Shown here: positions 1 through 13,300 of the stretch, piece by piece
Layout: every line of letters begins with the position of its first letter
How positions within the stretch are numbered: the first letter of the stretch is position 1
Assembly: GCA_050273025.1 (NCBI GenBank)
Contig: CP158635.1
Coordinates: 30,876,001-30,940,000 of the forward strand
Origin: Cenococcum geophilum
Lineage: Eukaryota
Direction: 5' to 3'
DNA: 64,000 bases
Position numbers and translations under genes: made by a program
The notes under the pieces: generated by a model
Databases searched by the model: none
Told to the model about the DNA's origin: nothing
Seen by the model: the letters and a program-made list of their open reading frames with translations, nothing else

Positions 1-286
1 TTAAATTATATTTTCTATTATATATTATTAAGTTAATAAAGTAAAAACTATTACCGTTATTAATAATTACAGAAGGTAGTAGTAGTACTTTATAAGTTAT
101 AAGGTTACCTTTTAAGGGTTATAGTAAGTTTATATAAAACATCGGATATATTTTTATTTTAGTAAGTAGTTTAAGCTTATAAGCGTATAGGCTTAGTATC
201 TTCTTAATTTAATATAGGCCCGCAAACTTCCAGTCTAGTTTCTTTAAGGGTTATTAAGTCTTTAGGTTTTATATATTTAGGTAAAC
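1..286 (-). pseudogene. B pol fragment: integrase C-terminal GPY/F region
   Basis: Minus strand reads KKLDWKFAG(P)Y.IKKILS(P)YAYKLKL...IYPMFY; it joins DFKEG(D)IV at 35541. Confidence 0.85.
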
Positions 287-710
287 TATAATAAAACCGT
301 ATAGCAGGAACTACAATAGGCTTGTTATTAGGCTAGGTATATAGGTAATATAAATTAAAGTCAACAACGTAATAATAACTAGTGGAGTAGTTGCCTAATA
401 GATTAACTCTAATTATATTTTAAGAATTACTATAAGAAAGGAACTATCTAGGTAGGGATTAAGGGTCCTTAAATACATAACCATACTCCTATAAAATCCT
501 TCTTATACGTAATATACGCGTACTCTATTTACTCTATTACGGATTATATAAATCTTATAAATTATATAAATTACGTTATATAACCTTAGTTACTATTCCT
601 TATTATATAGCTCTATTAGCTCTATTTTAGACTATGCCTAAATTAACTAACTAGCTTTTTCTAACTCTTCCCTAAGTAGTTATAATATTATACTTAAAGC
701 GTTTGTAACA
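287..710 (-). repeat. A1 3' LTR (424 bp)
   Basis: RIP'd TG...CA termini (plus strand ends GTTTGTAACA); matches 35118-35535, and matches 3340-3763 in inverse. Confidence 0.95.
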
Positions 711-818
711 CTATCTCCCTCCTTTTTATCTTTGTCCTTAAAGATTTTAAATATCTTTAGGTTATCTACTAGAGGTATAATATCTGTTTAATTAATTTGG
801 TTAATATTATTACTTATT

Positions 819-1493
819 ATTCCTAAAGCAATTTCTTCTTCATTAACTGCTTAGCGTATTCGTACTATTATTGCAATATTATCTCTTAGTAAGATTATAC
901 CATCTCTATATTCTTGTTATTTAAGAAAGGGGTTAGTCTATATTATATTAGCGAACCCATTTTTATAATAACTATTTTTTTATTTAGAGTACACTAAAGC
1001 AAATATTTATTCGTCCTATAACGTTTACTTTATCTCTAATGCTAAATATATATAACTTATTACTCTTAATAGTTGTCTAGTTCCCTAATTAATTTATTTT
1101 AGGGTTTTATATTTAATCTATTATTACGCAGCTAGATAATAAACTGTCCGTTACTTTAGCGGAATTATATTACTCTTAGGACGCTAAACAGGAGGCTGCT
1201 AATACTTAGCAATAGGCCCTTAAGTCTTATCTAGCGGCGTCTACTTAATTAATCTATCTTAAGAAGGTTTGTAAGAAGGTTTATTTTAAAGAGTAGAAAC
1301 TTATAAAATAGGGTCTATAGGAACTTAGTAATAAGAGAACTAACTTTTTCCTAACTAAGAAGGAAACAGATCTAAATAGCTTAGCAACTACTCTTCTTAG
1401 GTCCCCCTTAGGTGACTTATTTTTTTTAGTAATCCTTCCTTATTAATATTACCTAACCTAATTTCTTTCAATACTCCTATACCTTTCCTATAG
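819..1493 (+). pseudogene. A1 antisense accessory ORF (Zn2Cys6-like + coiled coil, probable intron)
   Basis: Homologous to 29569-30241(-) and 52179-52830(+); Cys spacing reconstructed from the three copies. Confidence 0.6.
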
Positions 1494-3339
1494 CGTTCTT
1501 TAAATTTTCTAGTAGCTCCTAGGTAGTCTTAGTATAGCCTATTCACTTAACCTTATACTATGTTTTGTTATTAATATCCTTATAATTAACGATCTTTAAA
1601 ACTTGCTATTTATTTTCCTTTTATCCTCTATACGTATCTGCTTTATAGACTAGTGACTTAATATTTCTATATACTAGCTCTAGCATTACAATATACTATA
1701 TAGGGTAAATCTTTATTTTAGCTAGTAGGTTTAACTTATATATAACTAGCGAAATCCTTTATATAATTTTAAAAGGTCCTAGTCTAACATAGTTTAACTT
1801 CTTACTTAGTTGTTAACTCTTAAAATTTTTATATAGTAGCTATACTTTATCTCCCTCCTTAAGATCTAGTCCCTTAGATCTCTTAGCGTTATAGTACCTT
1901 TTTATTCTCTATTATACTATTTTCGCTAATTCTATAAGGTCTATATAAAGATTTATTAACATCTTTATTCTTTCTTTAGCTATACTACTTATTTTCTTTA
2001 CTTATTATAGTAATAACGATATTCTTAGCTTATATCCGTAATTTGCCTTAAATAGTAATATACTTATTCCTTCTTATAGCGTTACGTTATACGCGAACTA
2101 TATAACTAGTAACAATAATACTTAATTATTCTGTGTATAATTAATATAATACCTTAAATACTATTCTAGTGTCTAATTTAATTTTTCTATTTAATGGTCT
2201 ATTTATAGATAATATATAGTAGAAGTTACTGCTCTAACTCCTTATTCCGCTAAGAATACTTTCTAAAATACTGCTATAAATTTTAGATCCCTATCTAATA
2301 TAATCTTACTTAGTGCTCTATATCTTATAAATACTTCTTTAATATAGATTCTAGCAATATCTTCTACTAAGATTTCTTCTATATATACTATAAAGTATCC
2401 CCACTTTATAAGCTTGTCTACTATTACTAAGATTATATTATAATCTTATCCGGTAATAGGGTCTTTAGACTTTAGTAACTTAATAATAAAGTCCTATAAT
2501 ATAACTTCTTATAGTCTTTTTAGTATTTTAATAGGTTATAGCCCTCTATATAGCTTATACCTCATTAGTTTATTTTTTTAATAATCTAAATATTCCTTTA
2601 TAACTTTTTGTACTAAGCCCTAGATTCTATTAATAATGTACTCCTCTTAGAGTCTTAATACTAAGCTTATAGCTCTATTATACCCCTAAATTATTCCCTT
2701 ATAGAAATCTTCTATAAAATACTCTGCTATACTTCTTAGAATATACTTTACTTTTTAATTTTCGTATATATCTATCTATAAATCTTCTAGCTATACTTTT
2801 AGAATTTTTTATACCTAAAAGCTTTCTAGTAACTCGTAAACTTTGTTTAATTCTTCTTAAGTTACTATAATTTTCGGATAATTATACCTAATTAATCCGT
2901 CTGTATCTTTTTATAGTAAAGCCCCTAATAGCTTTTTAACTTAAAGCATCCGCTCTTATATTATCTATACCCTTAGTATACTAAATCTTAAAATAATATT
3001 CTATAAGCATCTCTACCTATCTAACCTATCTTTAATTAAGTTCCTTTATTATTAGAAATCCTATTAGGTTCTTATAATCCGTTTTAACTATAAATAGTTT
3101 TTGTATGCCTTATAAGAATACTCTCTATTCCTTTAGTGCTATAATTATACCTAACAACTCTTTATTATAGATGTTATAGTTTAACTCTAATAGTATTATC
3201 TTCTAACTATAGTATACTACTAGGTACTATCTATTTGGATATTTTTATATAAAATACCCCCCTAGTATATAGTCTAATACGTCTATTTCTACAACCGTTT
3301 CTAATCCTAGTTAATAGATTTTAAAAACTAGCTCCTAGG
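1420..3339 (-). pseudogene. A1 pol 3' part: RNase H, integrase, chromodomain
   Basis: Inverse match to A2 27440-29640; ETD(A)(S)DY, ELLG(I)IALKE(W)R, RLGPFKI and WYKVK(W).GY motifs. Confidence 0.9.
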
Positions 3340-3763
3340 TATTACGAACGCTTTAAGTACAATATTATAACTACTGGGAGAAGAGTCGGAAGAAGCTAGT
3401 TAGTTAATTTAAGCACGGTCTAAAATGGAGCTGATAGAACCATATAATAAGGAATAGTAAGTAAGGTTATATAATATAATCTATATAATCTATAGGATCT
3501 ATATAATCCGTAATAGAGCAAATAGAGCACGCGTATATTACGTATAAGGAGGATTTTATAGGAGTACGGTTATATATTTAAGGACCCTTAGTCCCTACCT
3601 AGATAGTTCCTTCTTTATAGTAATTCTTAGAATATAATTAAAGTTAATCTATTAGGCAACCACTCCACCAGTTATTATTACGTTGTTAACTTTAATTTAT
3701 ATTACTTATACACCTAGCCTAATAATAAGCCTATTATAGTACTTACTATAAGGTTCTATTATA
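3340..3763 (+). repeat. A2 5' LTR (424 bp)
   Basis: T(G)TTACGAACG...GGTTCTATTATA; direct repeat of 30350-30773. Confidence 0.95.
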
Positions 3764-4877
3764 TAATTACTACCTAGTTAAGGTATTAAATATAGAGAGT
3801 TAAATAATATGCCACTAAAAGCAGCCACTATAACGCTATTAATGGCAGCAACTACTTTAAGGTTAGGGGGTAATACTAGTATAGTAAATACTGACTTCTA
3901 ATAACCTATAACGGTCGGACAGTTATAAGAGGTAATTAACCAGTTAATAACAAACAATGCAGTACTAGAAGAAAGAGTTAATAGAATAGGAGCAGTAAAG
4001 ATTAAGCTACTATTAATTAAAAGGTACTTAGGAGAAAGATTAAAGCTTAAGGGATTCCTTATATAAATATACTTTAAGGTTACGTAAGAGAGAGCGAAGC
4101 TACTAATACCTATAGACCAAATAGCCTATATAGGACTATTCCTATTAGGAAGAGCACTTAAGTAGTTTAAGCCTTACCTTATAGAGATATAGGCGAATAG
4201 AATAACGACTACTAACCAGGAGGTGCGATTTATATTCTTAAGCTAGGAAGGATTTACGGAATAACTTATATAGATATTTAAAGACCTAGAGAAAACAACT
4301 ATAGCGGAAAGGAAACTTTAGAATATTACGCAACGCACTTTAGTAATTAAATATATAACATAGTTTTAGATATTAGCTACGTAAGTTAAGTGGAATAATA
4401 AGGCACTTATGGCACAATATAAGCAGGGACTTAAGGCTAAAATCTAGGACGCGATTATCCTAATAGAAGATACGGATACCCTAAGGGAATTAATAGATTA
4501 AGTGATTAAGATTAATAATTAGATCTACTAAAGGGAATAGGCTAAAAGAGGCTAGAATAGAGTTCTCTAGTTATATAAGGCGCAAAATACGCAACGACTA
4601 AAGCTAAATTAGAAAATATAGTATGGCGCAGAGCTAATAGACCTAAGTGGTACTAAAAAAGCCTATAAAAGAGGGAATAAAAGACTATAAAAACCTAGAG
4701 GTTAAGGATTTAGTAATTACAGGACTAAGAAGCAAAGGCTAAACTAGGGATCTTAGTAGTAGAAGACGTTTAGGCAAACTCTATAGCAAAGTTAATGGTT
4801 TAAAGATAGAGCTTATATAAATTACGGAAAATAAAGTTACTTTGTAAGGGATTACAAAGATAGTTAGAGTTACTATA

Positions 4878-5102
4878 TATTAGGTAAAACCTAAGTAGAT
4901 AGTTATATAGCCGCAAGGTATAGGCGACCCTAGGGCAACCTAGGGGTGACTCGCCCGTAAGGCACGTGCTCTATATATACCTACGGAAAACCCTTCCTAC
5001 CTCGCATATAGACTCCTCCTTTTCCCTTAAGAATTCGTCTCTATCTATATAATATACCCATTGTTCTATTATTGGACTCCCTATCTATATTCTTACCTTA
5101 TA
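4878..5102 (+). repeat. E 5' LTR
   Basis: Near-identical to 21627-21851. Confidence 0.95.
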
Positions 5103-5258
5103 TTTAAATCCTTACTAATCCCCTTAAAAGGATAGCCGGTTCAATTTTTCTATAATGCCTCTAAAAAGAAAACTAACGCCTATACCCGATGGTAATATGC
5201 TAGCAATACAACTGTAGAACGCCTTAGGATCTAGTGTAGACAAAACCGCTAAAAGCAT

Positions 5259-5493
5259 TGTAAGCTTTGCAGTGCGAAGAATTGAATAAACGACTTGATT
5301 GTGAATGTAGCTCTAGAGGCTCTATATATATACGAAGAAGGTAGAAGTGATGGGGTAATAGATAGCTGAAATGGGAACGGTAATCTGCCACCAATATTGA
5401 TCTGCAACCACTATATTGGGTGGCGTTGACGCCATCTCGGAGCCTTCCAAGCGGTAATCTTGTGTCTTAACGCAGTATCGGTAGTCGGTTACA
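5259..5493 (-). repeat. F 3' LTR
   Basis: TGTAAGC...GGTTACA; differs from 15151-15385 by a few transitions. Confidence 0.95.
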
Positions 5494-5997
5494 CACCCCC
5501 CCAGATTTAACGGTGTAGTTAAAGCTGTAGAACATAAAATGAGGGCAGAAGCTATACCAAAATAGGAAATTTAGATACAATTTAAGAGTAGCAAAGGGTA
5601 GGGTAATTAAAATGGCATATTGCGAATATTGCGAATATCGCGGATATCGGGGACATTGCGAATAGAGTCTATCTCTCGCACGGCACGAACAGGTTATAGT
5701 CCATTTCAAATATATCGATTGTGGGGGGTGCAGGCCTATAGGGCGGGATCTAGGCGATATCCTAGCGTTTATAAGGCTTTTTAGGCCTAAACTTTGGAGA
5801 TCTGGCCTAAATCCTACCTGGTGCCCACTAGTAAAGCGCTTACTACCTATAAAGAATTAAGTTAAAACGGGAGCGATTTCCGTAGTATAAACTGTATAAT
5901 AAAATTAAGATATTATATAAGGAAAAAAGGTAAGGAAGCAAGGAGAATGGGTATATATTATTAACTTAGTTGCTTAGTTAACAAGTTACTACGGTCC

Positions 5998-6196
5998 TAG
6001 TAGAATTTAGTAGATTTAGTAGAATTTTGCAGAATTTGGTAAACTTGGTAAAATTTGGTAGAATTTAGTAGACTTAACAGAACTTAGTAGAGGTTATGGA
6101 TATTACTAATATTGCGGGTGTTGCGAATATAGGATAATCTTGCGGTGGTAGGTAGAATATAGCAGAATGCGGCAGATTGCGGCAAAATGCGGCAGG
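5998..6196. repeat. Short tandem repeats (GTAGAATTTA-like ~10 bp; ATATTGCGA 9 bp; GCGGCAGAAT 10 bp) downstream of the YR gene
   Basis: Directly visible periodic units. Confidence 0.75.
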
Positions 6197-6249
6197 TAGC
6201 GTATATAAGGTATTATAGGGTAGTCCCGTAACAGAAAGTATAGAGTCCC

Positions 6250-7230
6250 TATATTAGGCTTCCCTAGTCAGTATAGGCATGCTTTACTAGAAGTTTAAGT
6301 TTAATTAAAGTTATTCGGTTTCCGAGGTATTATAGTAAAGTTTTACCGTATCTAATATCTATTGACCTAACTGTGCCGTTTATAACTTTGCAAAGCCATA
6401 ATTATATATATACTACGCTGCACCCCTACAAAAGGAGTGGTTAGAGTAGCTGTTAGGTAGAATACCACTAGTAACTAGGTAGGTTAATAGAATCTTATAT
6501 ACTACTAGCGCCGAAAATACTTTATTATTAACGCTAAATAATAGATCTAATAGAGGCCGGGAGTTACGGTTAAATAACTGTATTATTGCGGCCATAGGGT
6601 ATAGACGATCTCCTAGTACAGCGGCGATCTAGATATTGACGCCATTATAGGTTTTATTTATCTTGCTCTGTTTTAGGTAAAAGACTATTAAATAGCTATT
6701 AGGGGCGATCCTAATATTATTACGGAGGGCCCTTATAGTGCTAAAGTCCTTAGCTTTCCTATTTAGGTACGTAATCTCTCCTATATATAGGAAACCCGTA
6801 AACGCTATTATAAATGCCGCGTTTATGTTTATATCCGCCTTATAGAGTTTAGAGGTAATAATCTTGTCTAAAATATCCTTTATAATCGGTAGTTTAGTCT
6901 TTTTAGTAGATAGGAATAGTAATATAGCCTCCGCTAAGGCCCTTTTAATAGTATAATCTTTAAAGGCGGTAATTAAGTAACCTAGGTTTATATAATAAGA
7001 TTAGATTATAGAGATATAGTTAAAGAGGGTTTCTAGCTTAATCCTACCTATTAAAGGGGCGGCTATACTAAACGCTTGTTAGGCAATCTACTCCCCTAAG
7101 TTTATCCTCTTAGCTAGATACGGTAATAAACCGTTTAGGGCTAAGAAGGCCTCCTAGCTCTTAATAGCGGAGAAATAGCCTTTCCTTATATTAGCTGCTA
7201 AGCTATACTATATAAGTAGTAAAAAGTAAT
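6250..7230 (-). pseudogene. Tyrosine recombinase of Ngaro/DIRS type
   Basis: AF(A)GFL(R)(M)GEIT, LK(R)SK(T)DK, (C)P(V)AA, HSF(R)RGAA (ORF 6413-6595), LG(R)(W)..D.VKLYY: the R-K-H-R-W-Y catalytic set. Confidence 0.9.
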
Positions 7231-7399
7231 AAGACCTACTAATCTTACTCTAGAAGGTTAGGGGGGGTTAATTAAATAACTTTGGGTTAACTATAAGAGT
7301 TAGCAGCCACCTAGAGGAGAGATATTATTTTTCTAGCAAGAAGCCTTTATTTATCCGGTAAGAAGCCGTCCTTTATTCGGTAAAAAGCCGTTATTTATC

Positions 7400-9100
7400 C
7401 AGTAAGAAGCCGTTATTTATTTGCCACTTAGGGCATAGTAATAATAATTTCTCGCGGTTAAATCGCGAGAGAGTATTAGTAAGCCTATTATTGGCGCTGG
7501 AGACCTATATAGTTATTATAGTAATATTATTTATTATTAAGGATATAAGTATCTTTTAGAGTAATTGGTTTCTAGAAACTTTTACAATATTATTCTAGAT
7601 GCCGCTGTAAGTAACTATATTATCTATATAAATATAAAAAAACCTATACCGCCAGACCAATAACCACTTTTTAAATGCCTTCGCAATAGTATATATCTCT
7701 TTTAGGTTAATATAGTTATCCGCCTAGTCTAGTAGGGGATAATAGCTAAAGGCCTAGGCCTAGGGTAGGGAAGCCGCGTAATTAGGCTAGTAGCCGTTCT
7801 CTCCGCTAAAGTAAAAGCCTCTATAGCCTTTAAGTAATAAGGCGTCGGTAAACAAGTAAAACTGCGGCCTCTCCTTATTATTAAAAAATAGTATACCGTT
7901 ACTTAATATAAGAACCTCAAGCTAGAGGTTAAGGTCTTTTTTTAGCTCTAGGGGGAGGCGCTAGGGCATATTTTTTAATAACCTAGTAGGCCATTTTATT
8001 ATAAAGTCCTATAAGGAGCGAGAGTACAAGCGCCTAAGGCGGATAACTCTTATACACTATGCTAGGCGGCCCGCCAGTTATTAGGCTTGCTATAATAATA
8101 GCTAGCCCTTCTAAAGGGCTTCAGTTACCTAATTAATAGCTTTCTATTGCTTAGCTAGTAAGAGTTTTATCTCTATTGCTATAGTGTTAATAGTATAACC
8201 TAATACTTCCGCCTCCGTATCTTTAATATTCTTTATATTATTTTAGGGTACCCCTAGCTGGTTAGTAACCGAGAGGTATACCTCCCTTAGTAACGGCAGT
8301 ATAGTTAGACACTTAACCATGAATATAAAATTATTAAGGTAGTGCTTAATAGCGGAGTTAATCTATTATGCTAGGATCTAGTAGAGACCTTTAGCAAATA
8401 AGTTAAAAAGGAATGGGGCTGTTCGTAAGCTAAATGGTAGACAGTATTTAATATATATAACTCCCTTCTAGATAAAGCCGAGTAGGTAATATAACCGCAC
8501 TAAAACGGGCACCATCCGGAAGGCATCTTTAATGTCTTATTTAACTAGGTAGCAGCCTCTACTAGCTATAATTATATATACTAGTATAGTCTCTATCTAG
8601 GTATAGTGTAGTGCTACCTAGGCTGGGTCAATAGAGTCATTAACTAAGAAGCCCTTAGGTAAAGAGAGGTTGTAAATATAGCGGAAGCCGCCATCTGCCT
8701 TAGGCACTAGGCCTAGGGGTAAGGTAACTACAGAGTTAGTGGCCTGTATACGGCCTAGGGCTAGGTTAATAATAATCTTTTTAGAGATAAGGTCTTTGTT
8801 ATTATATAAGGAGAGGTGGTTTTTATAGATATTAGGTAGTATAGGTAACAAGGGACCTATCTCCACCCTATAGGTAAGGATGCCTTATAAAATTGCTAGG
8901 AGATTTCTAGGGTACCTATAAAGGAGCGTACTCTAAGCGAGAGATCTTAGAGGTAATAGTGAGTTAGCCAAAAAAGTCATTTATAAGTAAGTTTTAAAAA
9001 GAGGTACTAAATTAGGCCTGCCTTAGAGCCTTAGCGTCTATAGCAGGTCTATCTAGATAGTTAAATCTAGGAAGATATCTTTATCTACTATTAAATCCTA
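7400..9100 (-). pseudogene. Ngaro/DIRS-type reverse transcriptase + RNase H
   Basis: PLGLVPKADGGFR.I.(D)LS.P..(S)VND (ORF 8618-8866), DIKDAFRMVP, CLPF(G)LRTAPFLFN, HYL(DD)F at ~8329-8346, FTDA, (D)N(G)L(A)(D)(A)LSRF. Confidence 0.9.
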
Positions 9101-9109
9101 GGTCTGACT

Positions 9110-10117
9110 ACTTACGGCGGTAAGCTACCTAGGGCACGACTTTAATGGGTGGTTTTTGTCGCATTTAGAGCATGCGTAGCGGTAACGATATAGATCTTCT
9201 TTATAAGCCTACTGGTTATTCTAGCTGTAATAGGGCTTACTAGAGGGGAGGGGAGGGGAGGTATTCTTTCGCGATCTTTTTAATGCTATACCACGGACTT
9301 CAAGTCCCTGGCTCTATGCCTTTATATTAGCTGCCCGGTAGTATAGGGCCTTAAACTAGGTAGGTATATCCTAGTTACTAGGCTTAAGCTAATTGCGATC
9401 TATAATATACCCATAGTAGTTAAGCGTAAGGTCTAGAATAGAGGTCCAGTTATAGGTCGCGGAGTAGTTATGGATATTATTTATCTAGAGCAACATTCTT
9501 ATATAGAGGTTAGTTGGGCATATATAGAGAGTGCTTATAATTACTACGTAGTTCGTAAATCTAGTAAACTAAACCTCCTTATTCTTGTAGACCTTATAGC
9601 TAGTAGTAGGTCTCTTTAAAATAAGCTTTCCGTTTTTAATAGTAGCTATATTAAAAAGGTCTAGGCGGCTAGAGTGTACCTATAGACGGGCTAGGTTCTT
9701 TAGGTGGAAGGATCCTTTCTATATATTATAAAGGTCTCTTTTAGCTAGGCTAGGGAGGTTAAGCTTAAGCGTGCCTAAGCCTTCCGGTAGGTTATAGGAC
9801 TTACCTAGTTTATCTACCTTAGTAGTAGAGGTGTGCTTTAGTGGAGTAGGCTGCTTTAGAGCGGCTAGCCTTGCCTAGTAAAACTCCTCTTCCTATTCCG
9901 TCTTTTGGATCCGTGCTTATTCCTCCTACTCTCTCTTTTAGATCTCTAGGTTATAGAGTTATTAGGCCCTCTTATCTTATTTTCTAGCTCTTTCTTCTTC
10001 TAAAGATAAAACTATAGTATATTTAGTAGATGGGATGGTTATAGATAAAAAGGTAGATAATAGGGCGGTTAAGCAAGGAGTTTTTAAACAGGTGCTATTA
10101 GCTAGAAAGTCGGTCAT
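9110..10117 (-). pseudogene. Ngaro/DIRS-type gag (coiled coil + terminal double zinc finger)
   Basis: ATG at 10117; ends (C)YS(W)NNQ.A(C)KEDL(C)RYR(H)ACSKCDKNHPLKSCP at 9130-9235. Confidence 0.8.
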
Positions 10118-10301
10118 GGGCCTTAATAATTATCGCCACTATGAACACTAATCGCAAGCAATCTATGATGAAAAGAATAACCTATTGAGTGCAGTTGCAA
10201 GCGATGATGTTATTGACCGTGTTGAACATCTGGTTGAATACCTAAGTTGTAGGGTTTTCGGCCAAGCAATGTATAGACACGTGACATCAATTGATTTAAT
10301 G

Positions 10302-13300
10302 TTAAATATCCACCAAATTCAATTGCTTTATCCATGCCTCGTGCTTTTAATGGGGTAAGATCTTAGTAAGGCCGTTGGTAGGCATCTTATCTATAGGGAC
10401 CCATTAAACATTAATCTTTTTATCTTAAACTTCCTGTCTTAGCTAGTGCTAATAGACGTTAATATATTGAAGCTTAGTGTCAAGCTTTAGTATATCCTGT
10501 CTTAGGAGTCATACAGTCTATATATTGTCGCAGAGCACGGTAAAATCGCGTTCTAAATTAAAGCCTATTACTTTAAAGAATCGTTGCTACCAGATAATTT
10601 TAACGGCAGTAGTAGATAGGGAGAGAAGCTCTACTTTAGTAGTTAAGCGTATAATAGATTGCTATAGGGTTGCTTTCTAATTAATTAGTCCTCTAAATAG
10701 GATAAATAGATATCCTTAAGAGCTCCGTCTAGTTTCTGTATAGTCCGTAAATGCTACGTCAGATACTCCGTAAAAGGTGACGTCTTCTCCTTCGGGGTTT
10801 CTAAAGTAGACGTAGGCTCTAAATACTTTGCCAGAGTATTTAATAGCTGTAGATTTTATTCCAAGACAGTAAGTAATAGCTTGGTTTGCTACATTAAGGT
10901 GTTATTAATTTGGATTAGTAAGGAATTCGGCCAGCTTAGAATGCGTCTTAGTAATATTAGGTCTTCTAAATACGGCAAGGTGTGTAAGTAACCCTACTCG
11001 TTGCTGGTAGGCTAGGGTTCTTTAAGGGTTCGTCTGCTGGTTGGATGGAATTAGTTCTTTGGTAGGAAATAGTAACTTAGGGAATCTTTCTGGTGGTTGA
11101 ATATTAAATCGATTGGCTATCTTTTTGATATAGGAGTCTTAGTATAGCTAGAGCTTCCTACTTGCTCGATCTTAACTAATTTAAATACCTAGGAACTACT
11201 GTAGGTCTCCTAGTGCACGGATCTCGTATTGGTGCAGCAATTTTGCTTTAAATTCTTTAAGTTTTAAAAGGTCCTTCTTGGCAAATAGGACGGCAATATT
11301 ATCTACATAGAAGAAGATAATAAGTCGTCCGTTGGTAAATAGGCAGTTAGTGCCTAGTACTAGTTCTAATCCGAATTTAGCCAGTATATTGGTAAGCTCT
11401 TTATACCAAAGTAGTGGTGAGATTTTTAATCTATATAGCGCTATAAGTAGCTTTAGGATATATCCGTTTTAATTAAATCCTTCTAGGTAGTAGCAGTAGA
11501 TTGGTTTACTAAGCTTGGCGTTTATAAATGCGTTTACAGTGTTATACTATTGAATTTCTAGGTCAAATGCGGCTGCTATAGCTATGAGAGCACGGAATAT
11601 TCGAGCAGCTAGGGTTACTGCATAGGTCTCTTCCTCTATAATCTGTAGGTCTCCGCAGACGTATAGTCTAGCTTTAAGCTTCTGTAGGTAGCCGTCGCTA
11701 TTAAGCTTATATTTAAAGACCTATTTTAGTAAAAGGATCTGCTTGTTACCTGCTTCTGCTTTTGGTACAGTCTTAAATGTCCCTCGGCGTTTTAGGTCAT
11801 TGTATTCTTTTTCTATGGCCTTTTAAAAGCTAGTAGTTAAAGGGTACTTTCTTAGATCTTTGAGATTCTTTAGTTTAGGAGGAAGGTTGTCCTGATGTAG
11901 AGATGAGGATCTAGTTCGGTTAATATCCTTTACTAGTCCTGTGGCAAATCCAGCGTAGTAACCAAATAGGGTAGATAGATTGGTTAGTGCTGCTGTATGC
12001 GCTTAACGTCGAATTCGTTTTGATTCTTCTGGTAGGATAAGGTTAGCAGAAGGTTTGGCCAAGACTTTGTTAGCTCGTAGAGCTGTATTGATTGCTCTGT
12101 TGGATGGTTTTAGGGAGCTTAGCTAGGTAGGGGTTGTCTTAATTATATCCGGGATGTCGTCTTGAAGTCCTTGTGGTAAGGTGTTCGATTTTAGTAAATC
12201 TAGAGATACCGTTCTACTAGGTGTTGGTAACTGCTCAGTATCCTTTGTATGAAGCTTTACTAAATCATTCAATTTAGATATAGTCGTTTAATCTATACCT
12301 GAGGTAGATCTTTAAGGGTCCAGATTAACTGTGTATAGGATTGATTCGTCCTTAGATTTGTCCTTGTGTAGAGGTTCTAGTAGACTGATTGTCTAGAGGG
12401 TGTCTTTTAATGCTTTCCTTAGCAGGTAGTTAATATCTTAACCCTTGGGGTTATAGAACGAGGTCTTGTTAAATATGACGTCTCTAGTTCGAATGACCTT
12501 GTAGAGACTTGGAATCCAGATTCAATAGATATTGGTTAAATCGTAGTTAACTAGGTGTCTAATTAATGTATAAGGAGCTAGTTTATCTCCCCTTTTGATT
12601 CATTTGTCTAGTGTATAGGTTTTATAGCTATATACGTGTATATAGGTAAGTGACAGTGGCTTACTGTAGGCGATCTCGTACGGAGTTTTCCATCCTAGTT
12701 GCTTATTTGGGGTTCGATTAAGTGCGTAGCCAGTAGTAAGGAAAGCCTCTAGTTGTAGAGATAGGGGTAAGGATGCTTCTAGCTGCATAGCCCTTGATCG
12801 ATCTATAAGGGTTCGTCTAGATCGTTTAGCTCTGCTATTTTGTTCTTCTGTATACGGGGCTCGGCATTTAAAAGTGATGCCTTTGTCTGCACACCATGTA
12901 TATAAGGTGTCTCCTATTTGTCTAAAAGCACGTTTGTTATCGCTCTAGAAGAAGATAACGTCTTGGTGGAATCGTATTTTGATTAAACAGTAGGTCTTGT
13001 GGATGGTAAGTAGGACGGTAGCTTTATTTTTATTCTTGGCGGTGAATATAAAATTAAATTTGGAATACGTGCAATAGAAGTACATTACGTATCTATCGCC
13101 GTTATACCCTGGTTCTCTAAGGGTAATAATATTAAATACTACCCGCTTGAATGGTCGAGTGGCTAGAAATTCGTGTTTTTGTCTTTGAGAGATCTGCTGC
13201 GTGTGCTTTGATATTGAGCAGACTTTGTATTTGATTTTGAGCGGTGCTCGTTTGTCGATTAGCTCTTCGAGCTCTGCGCCATTGATGTGCTTAGGAAGCT

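Noticed and set aside
5467..5709. ORF-track 80-aa ORF
   Set aside because: Runs through 9-bp repeats into the LTR; no recognisable protein.
6250..7230. Tyrosine recombinase as a Starship captain or Crypton
   Set aside because: It is short (~330 codons), of the HSFRRGAA type, and directly downstream of DIRS/Ngaro gag and RT/RH. There is no large cargo element.
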